The notes under the pieces were generated by a model. It worked only from the letters and a program-made list of their open reading frames with translations, searched no databases and was not told where the DNA came from. From Sphyrna mokarran (taxonomy: Eukaryota), in NCBI GenBank assembly GCA_024679065.1, contig JAGIQG010000018.1:44640001-44704000 (forward strand): a DNA stretch of 64,000 bases, in the 5' to 3' direction. This document shows positions 1 through 64,000 of the stretch, one piece after another (position 1 is the first letter of the stretch; every line of letters begins with the position of its first letter). The translations under genes and the position numbers were made by a program.

Positions 1-96
1 TAATCATAAAACCTCTATCAAATATTTAAATCCCTAGATTTTCAAATCTTGGTCTGTCAGCTGAGATCAATGATATGAAGAGACTGGTGCCTGTTT

Positions 97-440
97 GGGC
101 AGTACAGTAACAGTGGTCAGTACTGCTGCTTCACAGCTCCAGGGACCTGGGTTTGATTCCCGGCTCGGGTCACTGTCTGTATGGGAGTTTGCACATACTC
201 CTCGTATCTGAGTGGGTTTGCTCCAGGTGCTCCAGTTTCCTCCCACAGTCCAAAGATGTGCAAGTGAGGTTGATTGGCCATGTTAAAATTGCCCCTTAGT
301 GTCCCAGGATGCGTAGGTTCAACAGATTAGTGGGTAACATATGTAGGGATATGAGGGTAGCGCCTGGGTGTGATTGTGGTCAGTGTAGACTCAATGGGCC
401 AAAGGGCCTCTTTCTGGACTGTAGAGTTCTACGATTCCAT
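97..440 (+). mobile_element. HE1-like tRNA-derived V-SINE, near full length
   Basis: tRNA-like head (cagtggtcagtactgctgc..gggtttgattccc), V-domain core (ggtgctccagtttcctcccacagtccaaagatgtg), CR1-type tail (atgggccaaagggcctctttct). Confidence 0.85.
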
Positions 441-1259
441 GAGAGGTACAATTGGTTAACTCTGTAAAATGACAACTAATTTTAGTGGATGTACAGCAAA
501 AAAGTTAAGAGTACTTGAATAATGTGATACTCTTGCCATATTGCTTATAGTTGATTAATGGTTTGAGAATTCACCCACAGAAATACCTTTCCGCTTTTAA
601 GAATTTATGAGGCATTGAAAGTGCTGAAACTAAAACAGGAAATGCTCAGAATTCTGGAAGAGTCCATTGCTGGAACATTAACTCAGAACATGGAAGTTCC
701 TTCCCTCCAAGTCGCCAAATGATTTGGCATCACCTTATGTTTTCACTCAAAGAGAATGAGGAGGAAATATTTCAAAGACATGTTTATATATCCGTTTAAA
801 AGTTACAGAAATCTGTCACATCACCTTAAGATTCATTGCTATGTAAACTTTTTAGTTACAAATCCACCCAATGACATTGGCAGCGACTCAGGAGAATAGA
901 GAAATAAGGTTTTTAGGTTTTAGCAGAACAATTAAACAAAACAATTTCAATTTGTTAATGCAGTTCAAAATAGCACACTGTAAACTGTGCCTTTCACAGC
1001 ATATGCCTTGCAGTACATTCTGCTTGTGTTGAACTTCGTATCTAATAAATATACAAAGGAAAAAGCAAGTATGCTACCAAGTGGCCAGAGGCTGTATGAC
1101 ATGAGGATAGCTCAAAAGCTGGTGACTATGAAAAGTCATAAAGCCATGCAAAAAGACAAGACCAGGAAAGATAAGAGTTATAACCAATACTGAGAGAAAA
1201 AGGGTTTTTCTAAGTAAAAGGGATAGTCAACTTTGGAGATGGTCAAACTTCTAAAAAAT

Positions 1260-1600
1260 ATTCTTTCATGGGATATGGGCATTTTTGGCAAGGTCAGCAT
1301 TTGCTGTCTTTGAACTGAGTGGCTTACTAGGCCATTCCAGGGTAGAGAGTCAATCACCATGCTCTAGGCTTGCATGGAGTCACATTAAGAATGGCACATT
1401 TCCTTCCCTAAAAAAGGACATTAGTGAACCAGATGGTTTTTGCAACAATCGTTGGAAGTCTCGTGGCACCATTACTGAGACCAGCTTTCAATTCCACATT
1501 TTTTTAAATCAATCACATCATTACATTAAATTTGTTGTGGTGGGACTTAAACCCATGTCCCCAAGGCATTAGTTCTGGTTCACTAGTCCAGTGATAGTAA
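1260..1600 (-). mobile_element. tRNA-derived SINE, second family
   Basis: atttccttccctaa..aaggacattagtgaaccagatgg core shared with copies at ~4580-4900 and ~16580-16890. Confidence 0.7.
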
Positions 1601-2239
1601 GATTATGCCGTCTTTGCTAAGGACCTTGTGCTAGAGAGCCTGGGATGGAAGAAATGCATTTTCCAACATAGGAATTGCCAGCCTGGAAACTGGGTGACAA
1701 ATGGGAGTTTGTTGAGCAATTAACATCCATGAATAAATGTAACAGCCTCACAATGAAGAAATCTTCATGGGGGAAACCTTTCGGAACCTAGATTCCAAGT
1801 CACCTGCTGCTCCAAAACAAAATGCACAGACTGCTTATCATGACTCAATACACTTGTGCACTGTATACCAAAGGGTTTTTTTTTAAAGAAACCAACTGCA
1901 TTTGAAGAATTAATGCCAAGTGCACACTGAATATTGGCAGAACATTATTAAAATTACTCCGCACAAACAGGATCAACTTACAAATGCCAATGTGTTGGGT
2001 GCATAGTGTCCTTTTATGCTAGCCACATGACTCAGGCAGTTACTTAAAGAGAAAATATTTTGGAAATGGACAAACCACTAAAAGAAATTGGAACATCCAT
2101 TTTCAGTAAACAGGCAAGCCATTATACAGGGTAGACACTAAGTTCAAAAGTAGATCATCTAGCAATCTCAATTTGGGTTCAAATTAATGGGACATTGGAA
2201 GCACAGACAAATCAGGGAAATCACCATTAATTCGTTAAC

Positions 2240-2460
2240 ATGAAGATGCCGGCATTGGAATGGAATGGACACAGTAAGAAGTTTCAATAGCAGGTTAAGA
2301 GTCCAACAGGTTTATTTGGAATCATAAGCTTTCAGAGCACTGCTCCTTCATTAGGAGAGTGGCTTGAGGTGGGTCTCAACTTGCTTGAAGGAGCAATGCT
2401 CCAAAAGCTTGTGATCCCTAATAAACCTGTTGGACTTTGATCTGTTGTCAGACTTCTTAG
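2240..2460. mobile_element. Palindromic, probably Penelope-derived non-autonomous element
   Basis: Arms ~2275-2350 and ~2386-2460 are inverted (agtccaacaggtttatt / aataaacctgttggact); related copy at ~57585-57730; family name from recall. Confidence 0.6.
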
Positions 2461-2899
2461 TTAAGCAAAGCTTATACTTGGCTATTTTAAGATCGACTTG
2501 CAGGAAATTCATATGAAATGGAAATATAGGAAATGCCAAATATGGATTTTCAGAAGATGTTTGGCAAAATGCCATACAAGTTGCTAAGAGAAAGAGTAAA
2601 GTCTCGAGAACAGAGTGCAAGCCTCTTGGAAGCCCCTTCTGTTTTCCATTTATACAAGTGATTAGGTCATAACCACAACACCTTCACAACCTCAACATTG
2701 ACTCCATCAAAAACACACCATTGCTGCAGCGTGCACCAACCACAAGATGCAATTCAGCAATCTGTCAATGTTCTTCCCAAACCTACAAGATTATGAGCAG
2801 CAAGCACAAAGGAATATCACTTCCTGCTAGTTTCTCCCCACATTGCACACCATTCTGATCTGGAACTAGAGCATAATTCCTGTTCTGCAATAGCACTGT

Positions 2900-3650
2900 C
2901 TTGACAGCCCTTCTGGGTCAAGGACTTACCTCCATTCTGGGGAGATGGGTTCTGCTGTGGATGATCAGTCCAGTCTTGGAGCCACAGACTCTGCCACAGG
3001 ATTGGGAAGGGGGTGCTTGATGAGATGGGTGGGCGAGATGTTCCAGATTCTGCACTCTTTCCACTGTTTATGTTTGGCCTCTGAGCACTCCACCCAGTGA
3101 CACTCAAGGTGGTTGGTACTTTTGTGGATGCTTCTTCTCCAGTCCATGTGCTCTCAAACAAAGTATTTACATGTTGATGGGGACGTTGCATTTATCTATG
3201 GAGGTCCAAAGCAGTTTCCTCTGCCCTCAGTTATTGCTTGCCATGGTAGAGCTCCAAGGAAAGCACTTGATGCATGTGGAGAACCTGTCCCTCCCATCAG
3301 GAGAGAAATGCAGCTGCTCCGTAGACTATGCATTCTGTGCTGGATCGAGGTCTCAGCTTTTGAATACTTTCTCAGGTGTCCAAAGACCGCACTGGCCCAT
3401 TGCAGTCGATGCTGGGTCTCATCATCTATCTCTGCCTGTGCCGAGAGGAAGCTCCCAAGGTATGGGAAAAGATCCACATTGTCCAAGGCTCACTGTAGAT
3501 CTTGGTCAGGGGGACAATTGTGTAGCAGCAGCAGGCCAGTAGAGAAACTGTTTTCTGGATGTTTTGTCTGAGGCCCCAATTCTCATAGGCCTCAAGTGAA
3601 AACGTATTGCAACTCAGTGACAGAAATTGGTATGGTCTTGGTTCTAATCT
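2900..3650 (-). mobile_element. RTE-clade LINE fragment (degraded reverse transcriptase C-terminus)
   Basis: ORF 3196-3486 NVDLFPYLGSFLSAQAEIDDETQHRLQWASAVFGHLRK matches the RTE FxYLGS..IDxEI..R..A..AFGxL motif. Confidence 0.8.
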
Positions 3651-4579
3651 GGAGGTGTCAGAGATTGAATAGCTTCAGCAACACCATAGGTGCCACCTCC
3701 ACCACATGGATGGCAGTAGTCCAAGGTGGCATCACACTACCTGGAGGGCATTTAGGGATGGGCAAATAAATACTGGCTTTGTCCGCAACACATTCCTATA
3801 ATGATTCAAGTTTAGTAAGGCAAAAGGGCTAATACTCAAACTTGATACCAAATTGGGTGTGGGGGTGGGAATGGCAGATGAGATCCATTATTTAAAAAGA
3901 GATAGCCTAGAGTTTAAGCTAGAAATCAAAGCAGATAACATTAAATGAGATGAAAAGGCCTCTTAACTGGGCAAAAAGCTGTGTGAACTGTTTGGCCATA
4001 ACAGATGATGATTTTCAAACACGAGTGAGATAAAGAACAATGTATTAAGAACTTGGCCAATGAACACAGATGCGTTTAAATAGACAGCCACATTTATTGG
4101 CCAAAAGCACTGTCAAATTCAAAGTTGTTGTTACAGCAGAATGCTACGTATTTTGGGCAAATACAGCTATGCTTGTCCCTGGGTTCGCAGTATACTCAGG
4201 ACAAGGCAAACAATCTGCATGGGAACAACCTTAAACACTGGCTGGATTGATATCCAAAGACATAAATCCAAGAACATTGCAATTCAAATGATTTAAAACA
4301 AAACATTTTAAAACAGACAAAAAAATTCCAGTCAAGTTCTGTGTTTTTAAATTCGAAGCTCCCGTGCTCTGCAGAAGTGATGGTACTGGCTCTGTTTTGG
4401 GCATGTATGCACCAGGCTATGCCGAATGTTATTATATAGCCATCAAACCAAAGCTTTCAATGAAAACGCTCATTGTGTTCTCTTCAGTCCACGTCTGATA
4501 TTCTTAGTCTTCACACCTCTGATATAGTCAACTTATCGTTTAACTGCCCCAAACAGGATTTCCTCCAGCATGTTTTTTT

Positions 4580-4900
4580 ATTCATTTGTAGGACAGGGGC
4601 ACCATTGGCTGGCCAGCACTTTTTCCCATCCCTAGTTGCCCGAGGGTAGTTGAGAGTCAACCATATTACTGTGGCTCTGGAGTCACGTCTAGGCTAGAGC
4701 AGTTAAGGGCAGCAGATTTCCTTCAGTAAAGCACATAGTATAGTGAAGCAGATGGATTTTTCCAACAACCAACAATGGTCTCATTGTCATCAGTGGATCC
4801 TTATTTTCAGATATTTTCTTTTATTGAATTCAAGTTACACTATCTACTATGGAGAGATCTGAACTCAGAACACTGGCCGAGTTTCTGGATTAATAGTCTA
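4580..4900 (-). mobile_element. tRNA-derived SINE (same family as 1260-1600)
   Basis: cccatccctagttgccc tail, gagagtcaaccatatt, cagatttccttc core. Confidence 0.7.
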
Positions 4901-5619
4901 ATGACACCAGTCGAACATCACTTCCCCATGTCTAATTCTTCCCAGCGATACCAAAACCCCTGCATCCATCACTAAAAAAGGTCACTTTATTTCCCTTTGC
5001 ACCCATGTAACTCCATCTACCTCAGACCAAAGGAACTAGTCTCATCAGCTTTTTGATGTCTGGCCTTCCACTTCCCATGACCAAACACACAAGCAACTTT
5101 TTTTTGAAGTATGACCAAACAGAATATTTAAAGAGACCATCTGCCCTTTATCCTTCTCCTCTAAAAGCCAAAACATTCAACCTTCAGTAGCTGCATCAAA
5201 GACTTGTTCCCAAATGTGAACTGATGCAACTTTGATCTGCAATGCACAACTACTTTCACTAACCAAGTGAAACACCCTAACCAGTGTACCAAATAAAAAA
5301 TCCTTTGCCAGTTTTCTTTTAGCTTGACTTTGAATTATATATGCAGATGAACTCCTTAATGCAAGGTGTCTGCCAATTTCCAGCCAGTCGTCTACTTGGC
5401 TAAAAAAAATCATTTGAAACTCGCAAATGGAGATCAGCCCAAACATCCCCTTACATATTTTCTGGCTGTGTATATTATAATGCCTTTTTTCACCTTAGTC
5501 TTTAAATATGTCTGCTTTGAAACCATTCAAGAATTCTAAAGATCCATAGACAATGGGTCAGAAGTCCTGGCTCGTTTGGGGACAAATTAACAGGAATACC
5601 ATTAAGGGTTCTGCCATGT

Positions 5620-6300
5620 AGAGTATTGACAAGCGTAAGGATTTGGATGTACAGGTACACAGGTCACTGCAAGTGACTATGCAGGTGGAGAAAGTGGTCA
5701 AAAAGGCATATGGCATCTAGCATTTGTCAGGGCCACTGAGTTTAAAAATTGGCAAGTCACGTTGCAGCTTTATAGAACCTTAGTTAGGTCACACGTATAA
5801 TATAATGGCTGATTCTGGTCATCACACTATCAAAACGATGGGAGGCTTTGCAGAGGGTAAAGAAACAATTTACCACTTTGGTATATCCTTCATACCAGCA
5901 CATTGCCTGGTATGGAGGGCATTTGCTATGAGAGGTCGGAGAAACCTGGTTGAGGGGAGACCTGTTAAGAGGTCTACAAGTATTATGAGGGGCATGGACA
6001 GAGTGGATAGTCAGAAGCTTTTCCCCCCACTGTGTAAGAGTCAATTATTAGGGGGCATAGGTTTAAGGTGTGAAGGGCAAGGTTTATGAGAAGTTTTTTT
6101 TTTTGCAGAGAATGGTGGATGGCTGAGCTTGTTGCTGGGAGAGGTAGTGGAAGCAGATACAACAGTGACTTTTAAAGGGCGTCTTGACAAATACATGAAT
6201 AGCACGGGAATAGAACGATATGGTCCCTGGAAGGATTGGGGTTTTAATTCAGGCAGTTGGTGCAGGCTTGGAGGGCCAAAGGGCCTGTTTCTGCACTTCA
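5620..6300 (+). mobile_element. CR1-type LINE 3' fragment
   Basis: KVVKKAYG and IMRGMDRVDSQKLFP motifs; tail gggccaaagggcctgtttctg. Confidence 0.85.
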
Positions 6301-7039
6301 ATTTTGTTGTTTGAATAATCAACAGGAACAAACACCTACAACTTTCCTTACTGGACAACACTTCCTAAGTTGCTCAAGAAAATATTATTGCAGTTCATCC
6401 TTTTCTGTCACAGTCAAGGAAATTCTCTCTTGGGGGCAAAAGACTCCAAAATAGCACTGTGAACATTTTGCTGGAGTCAGAAATGATTCACTTCTGATAA
6501 AAGGCAACAAAATTGTAAATATCTTTCAGGAAAGAACTCAATGGTCAATACAAGTTCTGAAGCCATTGAAACATGGAAGTTGTCACAAGTTTGCTGGTCA
6601 GTTGATCCAAAAGAATGAAGGCAGGAAAATTAGTTTACAGATTTTAGTCTCGTACAAAATGCTACAATAATTTTTTGTGCATATGCCCACTGACAACTGG
6701 TAGACAAAGCAACATCATGATTCAATACAACATAGTTCATTTTAATCTCTGGTGTTTACTGCAAAACGTCAATATTACATGGCACATGTTGTACATACGA
6801 GGGAGAAACTGGTCAAGTTACCCAATCTTATTCACCAATGTAAGAGGCCAACCTGATCTACTGCAGTATTCACTGTCAAATTTTGAGACACCATCTTTCT
6901 ATAACTTGTGTTTATGTCCTTAAGGGTTCACTTGGCATTTGAGAGTAGCTGAAAATCAAAACAAATGTATTTTCAATGGCGCATGAAGTAGTGACAGTTG
7001 AAGCAGTGAACAAATGAAAACATCCTAAATCAAGGAAGT

Positions 7040-7235
7040 CTTTGCAGGTTTGGCAACATCAGTAAGGAGAGGGAACAGCTGATGTTGCGAATCCAGATGA
7101 CTGTTTGAAAGGTCATCTGGACTCAAAACGTCAGTTTTTTTCTCTCCTTACACATGCTACCAGATCTGCTGAGATTTTTCCAGCATTCTCTTTTGGTTTC
7201 AGATTCCAGCATCTGCAGCAATTTACTTTTATTGA
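7040..7235. mobile_element. Palindromic Penelope-like short element
   Basis: Inverted arms around ~7105 (tccagatgac / gtcatctgga) then ctgctgagatttttccagcatt; similar copy at ~11730-11890. Confidence 0.55.
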
Positions 7236-7839
7236 GGAAGTCACTGCCAGCTATCTCCTTTGTTTGATCTCAGCAACTCAACTCAGCAACTTGAGTGTCA
7301 CTAATTGTAATTCATTGTCTACTGAATATTCTCCTAAAATAGTTATAGTCTAGAGTCAAGAAAACCACAAGATGAAAGGCACAAAATGCTAGTCCACAAT
7401 TAGCAGCTATGTAGGAATACCAATTTAAACACACCGCAAACAGTACCGCCAAGGACTGTGAATACATCACATCTCAGCGAAACTTAAATTGATGTTTGAT
7501 AAAAAAAAGAACATGACAAAGAACTGTGCAAGAAACTGTGTTATAAAGCAGTTCAAGTAAAATTACCATGAATGCAGAGTTTGACAAGTAGCTAAGGAAA
7601 AAGTACAAAACAGTTTAAACATTGCTAAATATTATCAAAAACGCTATGCCGTTACCAAAGTCATCTAAAACAAAATGCTGCTTGAGTCCATGTTTTAGTC
7701 TAAATCTACTTTATAATATTTAGCATTACAGAAAAATCTCCAAACCCATCTGAACATGTTTTTCCAGGTTAGAACACAACCAAAAAAACTAGCCCAAAAT
7801 AATTGTACTTTGTGGGTACACAAAGCAAAATAAATACAA

Positions 7840-9222
7840 CAGATGTTTTATAGAAAATTTTATTCAACATACAACATTTTCCAGCAAAAAGGCAATATAC
7901 AGGAAAAAGATTTCATACACTGCTACGTGAATTAAAAAGATAAGAGGAAAGAGAAATTAAAAGTTGTGAATTGCAGATTCTATTTTACTGCACTCAACTA
8001 GACACGCTGCTGCAATTAGCTTAAAAAAACCAGTCTGAAATAAAACTACACGCAATGAATATCAACATCAGTGACTTTACCTGCAGACTCCTCCTTGGGA
8101 ATTTATTCCTTCGAGTGTTAAAATTGTACATGTTCATCATTAAATATACAATTTTTTTGTATTTTTTTTAAAATTTTTACAAAGTCAACAGCTTACTACT
8201 TACGTTATTGAGCATGCCCTCTGTGCTAAAGGCTGTGTTTTGTCATGTTATAACTTTTCACATCTCACCATGACAAAATAGAACACATTCAGATTTTTCA
8301 ACTTTGCCCTTTCCAGCCACCATTTGTGTCTCAAAACTGCTTCCCACAGGCAGCAAAGTAAACCCCACCGACTCCAGCCAGTTACCATTAGGAAGTACTA
8401 ACGGCCATAGCATCAAAATAAAACAAGCATAGCCAGACCTACAAACTCGCACCAGGCAGGATACAATGAGTACTGATTTATTATTATTGCCAAGGTGTTC
8501 TACAAAGAGTATGGGATGAACAAAAACCCAGATCATGTTTAAAAAAACAAATCAAAGACCACATTCAGCTGGGAGGAAAAAAAAATGCATCTCCGTAATA
8601 TTAAGTGCCAACAACGTGCAAGATGTAGTACAGACACCATTTATTAATGCTGTGAAAGTTGGTGGTGTTTACAAATTCACAAAAATTCTGAATTCATCCA
8701 AACTACCTAAATAAAGAAAAACTATCCAAATGACTGTAAACATGAACGTGCTAGCTGCTGAAGTGTTTGAGAAGTTTCACAACACCTATAATTAGCAGCC
8801 AGCCAGAGATGTGAATCCTATGCCATCTGCTGTGGGTTATTCTAAAGGCATGGAACCATTTAGCGAATGACTAGCTGTTTTCTTTGCTACTCAGCTCCTT
8901 TGCTATGCTGCCACATTCCGGCCACATCTTTTCATCTTTAAAACAAGCAAGAATTCACATCCAACTGCATTGCTCTTTGAGTAGGTAAAACCATATCGTC
9001 TTTCCATCTGGAAAATAGGCAGTCAATAGATAGAGAAGCCAAACTGAACAGCCTCAACAAAATAAAATTAGCATCAGCAGCAATCCTGTCGCTGAAGACT
9101 TCTGACAAGGTGCACGTGTACCAAAGTTCATTTTTACTGCTGTTGAATGGGTGCACACACTGTCTTTTTAATTTTTTTAAATTTTTTTAAGACACACAAT
9201 CCTGACTAGTCGGGTATTGGTG
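7840..9222 (-). other. USP7: USP7 3'UTR (predicted; distal end approximate)
   Basis: No recognisable repeats after the stop; U-rich on the sense strand; ends at AATAAA followed by a GU/U-rich downstream element. Confidence 0.7.
7859..7864 (-). terminator. Probable distal polyadenylation signal AATAAA
   Basis: tttatt on + strand; sense-strand downstream gttgtatttattttgctttgtgt fits a CstF U/GU-rich element. Confidence 0.65.
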
Positions 9223-61966
<52,744 letters not shown>

Positions 61967-63259
61967 TCAACTTCTGGTTGCCACTGTAGAACTAAACATT
62001 TTTTTTACTCAACATCGAAGCACTCAGTCCTTCCCTATACATCTGTACATTGCAGCTGCACATCATACTTCTAACAGGTCCAAATAAATAAATATATAAA
62101 TAATATACACACAACATCACAAAGCAATTCTGGGCTACCATTTATTTAAAACAGAAAACAAGTAAACAAAAGATGTCACAGCCAAGAGGGAAAATAGTTG
62201 CACTAGTTTTAAGTGATCTGTTTATTAAGGAAACAATACCTTACAAAAAGCAAGTTTTAATCAGTAGCAGAAAAATAAAATAGCAAAATTAGTCATAGCA
62301 ATGGTGTCCAGATTTCTGGTGAATTAACCAAATTGTTTATTCTCGCTAGAAATATTATTTCCTGAGAATAACGGTCTGCTTCAGCAAAGTGGGTAAGAGG
62401 AAGGCAGTACAGCAGCCATGTCCACCGCAATGGCTGCAATCCCAGATGCTTCAATGCATGTAATCTCAGACGAGATTAAAACAACGTCCATCTGGGAAAT
62501 CACTGTCAATAACAAACTCTGATCCCATTGATATCAATACTGAGATAAGAGCACAAGAACGTTATCATCTTTTTCTGCTCACAAAGAAGCTCTCAAAGGC
62601 GTAGGCAGTAAAACAAGCACATGAAAAAGCTCTCTCCAGGTGGAATTGTAAATCTGTAATAAGCATGTTTTTTTTTAAGATGCCCACTTTCTTTGTGGGA
62701 TGTGGTGTTGGAAGCGAAAGGTCTTTACTGTAGAATGAGCAGCAGCTTTCACAACACTGAAAACAGTGTCACTTTGTTTATGGACATTAATTACATGAAA
62801 ATAAAATTTGCCAACTGACGCAAGTGGCAGAATTGCAAATAATTCACAATCAACTGGTATAGAATAAAAATTCCAACAACAATGGAATTTTGGTCCAATG
62901 TTTTTAACTAACATGTGGGCATCAATGTTGAAGGCACACCATGCTTGCAGAAGCCAAATTGCAAACAAACTTGGGTTATTTTACTTGCAGACATATCTAT
63001 GCAACTTCAAAAGCTTGAAACTTGTGTGCAACCCAGAATTGTTCCAATTTCACAAACAGATAGTTAAAAACTTCTGACTGCACTATTTTATTGAGAAGCA
63101 ATAATATAGGTTTGCTTGCAAGGTAATTTTCTTTCAGCATTCTGAGTCCATATTCATTTTCCTGCAAGCACCAACATTAACTGCAGCTTTGTATCACTCA
63201 AGAAAGAGCATGCACAACAGTGCTCAGGAATGGCTTAACATTCCTCTCAGTGATGCAGC

Positions 63260-63500
63260 TAATCCACACATAAGATCAACAGCAAATGAGATAGCAGAGA
63301 ATTATTCCATTCCATTCTTCGCAGCTCACGGAGGCATTATCCCCACGAGATGTTTCCCCATGCTTTCCAAATAGTGTAAACAGATGTTTTACGTGAACTA
63401 GCTCAGATAACTGCTTACCTAAACGACAGTACCACTGACAATGCAGCACTGCTCTCGTCACTGAATTGAGTGCAAACTTACAAAATTGTGGCACACACCA
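63260..63500 (-). mobile_element. Ancient Deu-domain SINE-like remnant (SacSINE1/AmnSINE1 group)
   Basis: gacagtaccactgacaatgcagcactgctctc resembles the recalled Deu-SINE core; highly decayed. Confidence 0.4.
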
Positions 63501-64000
63501 CCAATTTAACCAATATCAGCAAATTAAAATTCATGGCAATCTGGGATCAACTATTGCAGAAGGCCCATTCCAGCACGCTTCCCACTTCTAAAATGGTTAA
63601 TTAGTAGCCATAATTACTAATATGCAGATTGTGGTGAAGGAACAATGGCACACTGAGTACTGTGGTTACATTAGACCAAAAACAGGGTTTGTTTTCCTGA
63701 TGGTTCTAAGAGCAGCCTAAACAATTAAATACACCCCACAACCTATTTAGTCATGATTGCTGTGTCATGGGCTTACAAACCATTTTGTTGCCAATTACAA
63801 ACTGCCTAGATAGGCAGATGTCCTTAGTTGGTTACATTGAACAGTAAAGCCCTGATCAGTGATACTTCCCTTTCAAGAGGAAAAAAATGAGGACAAAATT
63901 CCAACACAAACTTCCTGAGGCAAATGAAACTCGGTTTCAAGATTACCTCAACCACACAGAACTCAATAAAAGGTAGATTAACTATCAAAGCACTGAGGTC

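Overview
AT-rich vertebrate genomic DNA, very likely from a shark or other elasmobranch (inferred from HE1-type V-SINEs and CR1, RTE and Penelope-like repeats). One gene dominates the window: USP7/HAUSP (ubiquitin carboxyl-terminal hydrolase 7) on the minus strand. I traced 30 coding exons by hand (human numbering 2-31, 61932 to stop at 9223). All have GT-AG boundaries and splice into one open frame covering TRAF/MATH, the catalytic domain (Cys/His/Asp triad intact), five UBL domains and the C-terminal activation tail. Exon 1 lies beyond the right edge. A ~1.4 kb 3'UTR with several AATAAA signals follows; 1-7800 is repeat-rich flank. Most six-frame ORFs are noise or decayed retroelement fragments. 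I found no convincing new biological system. The best leads are two in-frame cassette exon candidates absent from the canonical human protein (33 nt before TRAF, 36 nt in UBL5) and several candidate poison exons, all predicted from sequence only. Repeat boundaries are approximate, and human comparisons are from memory, not a search.
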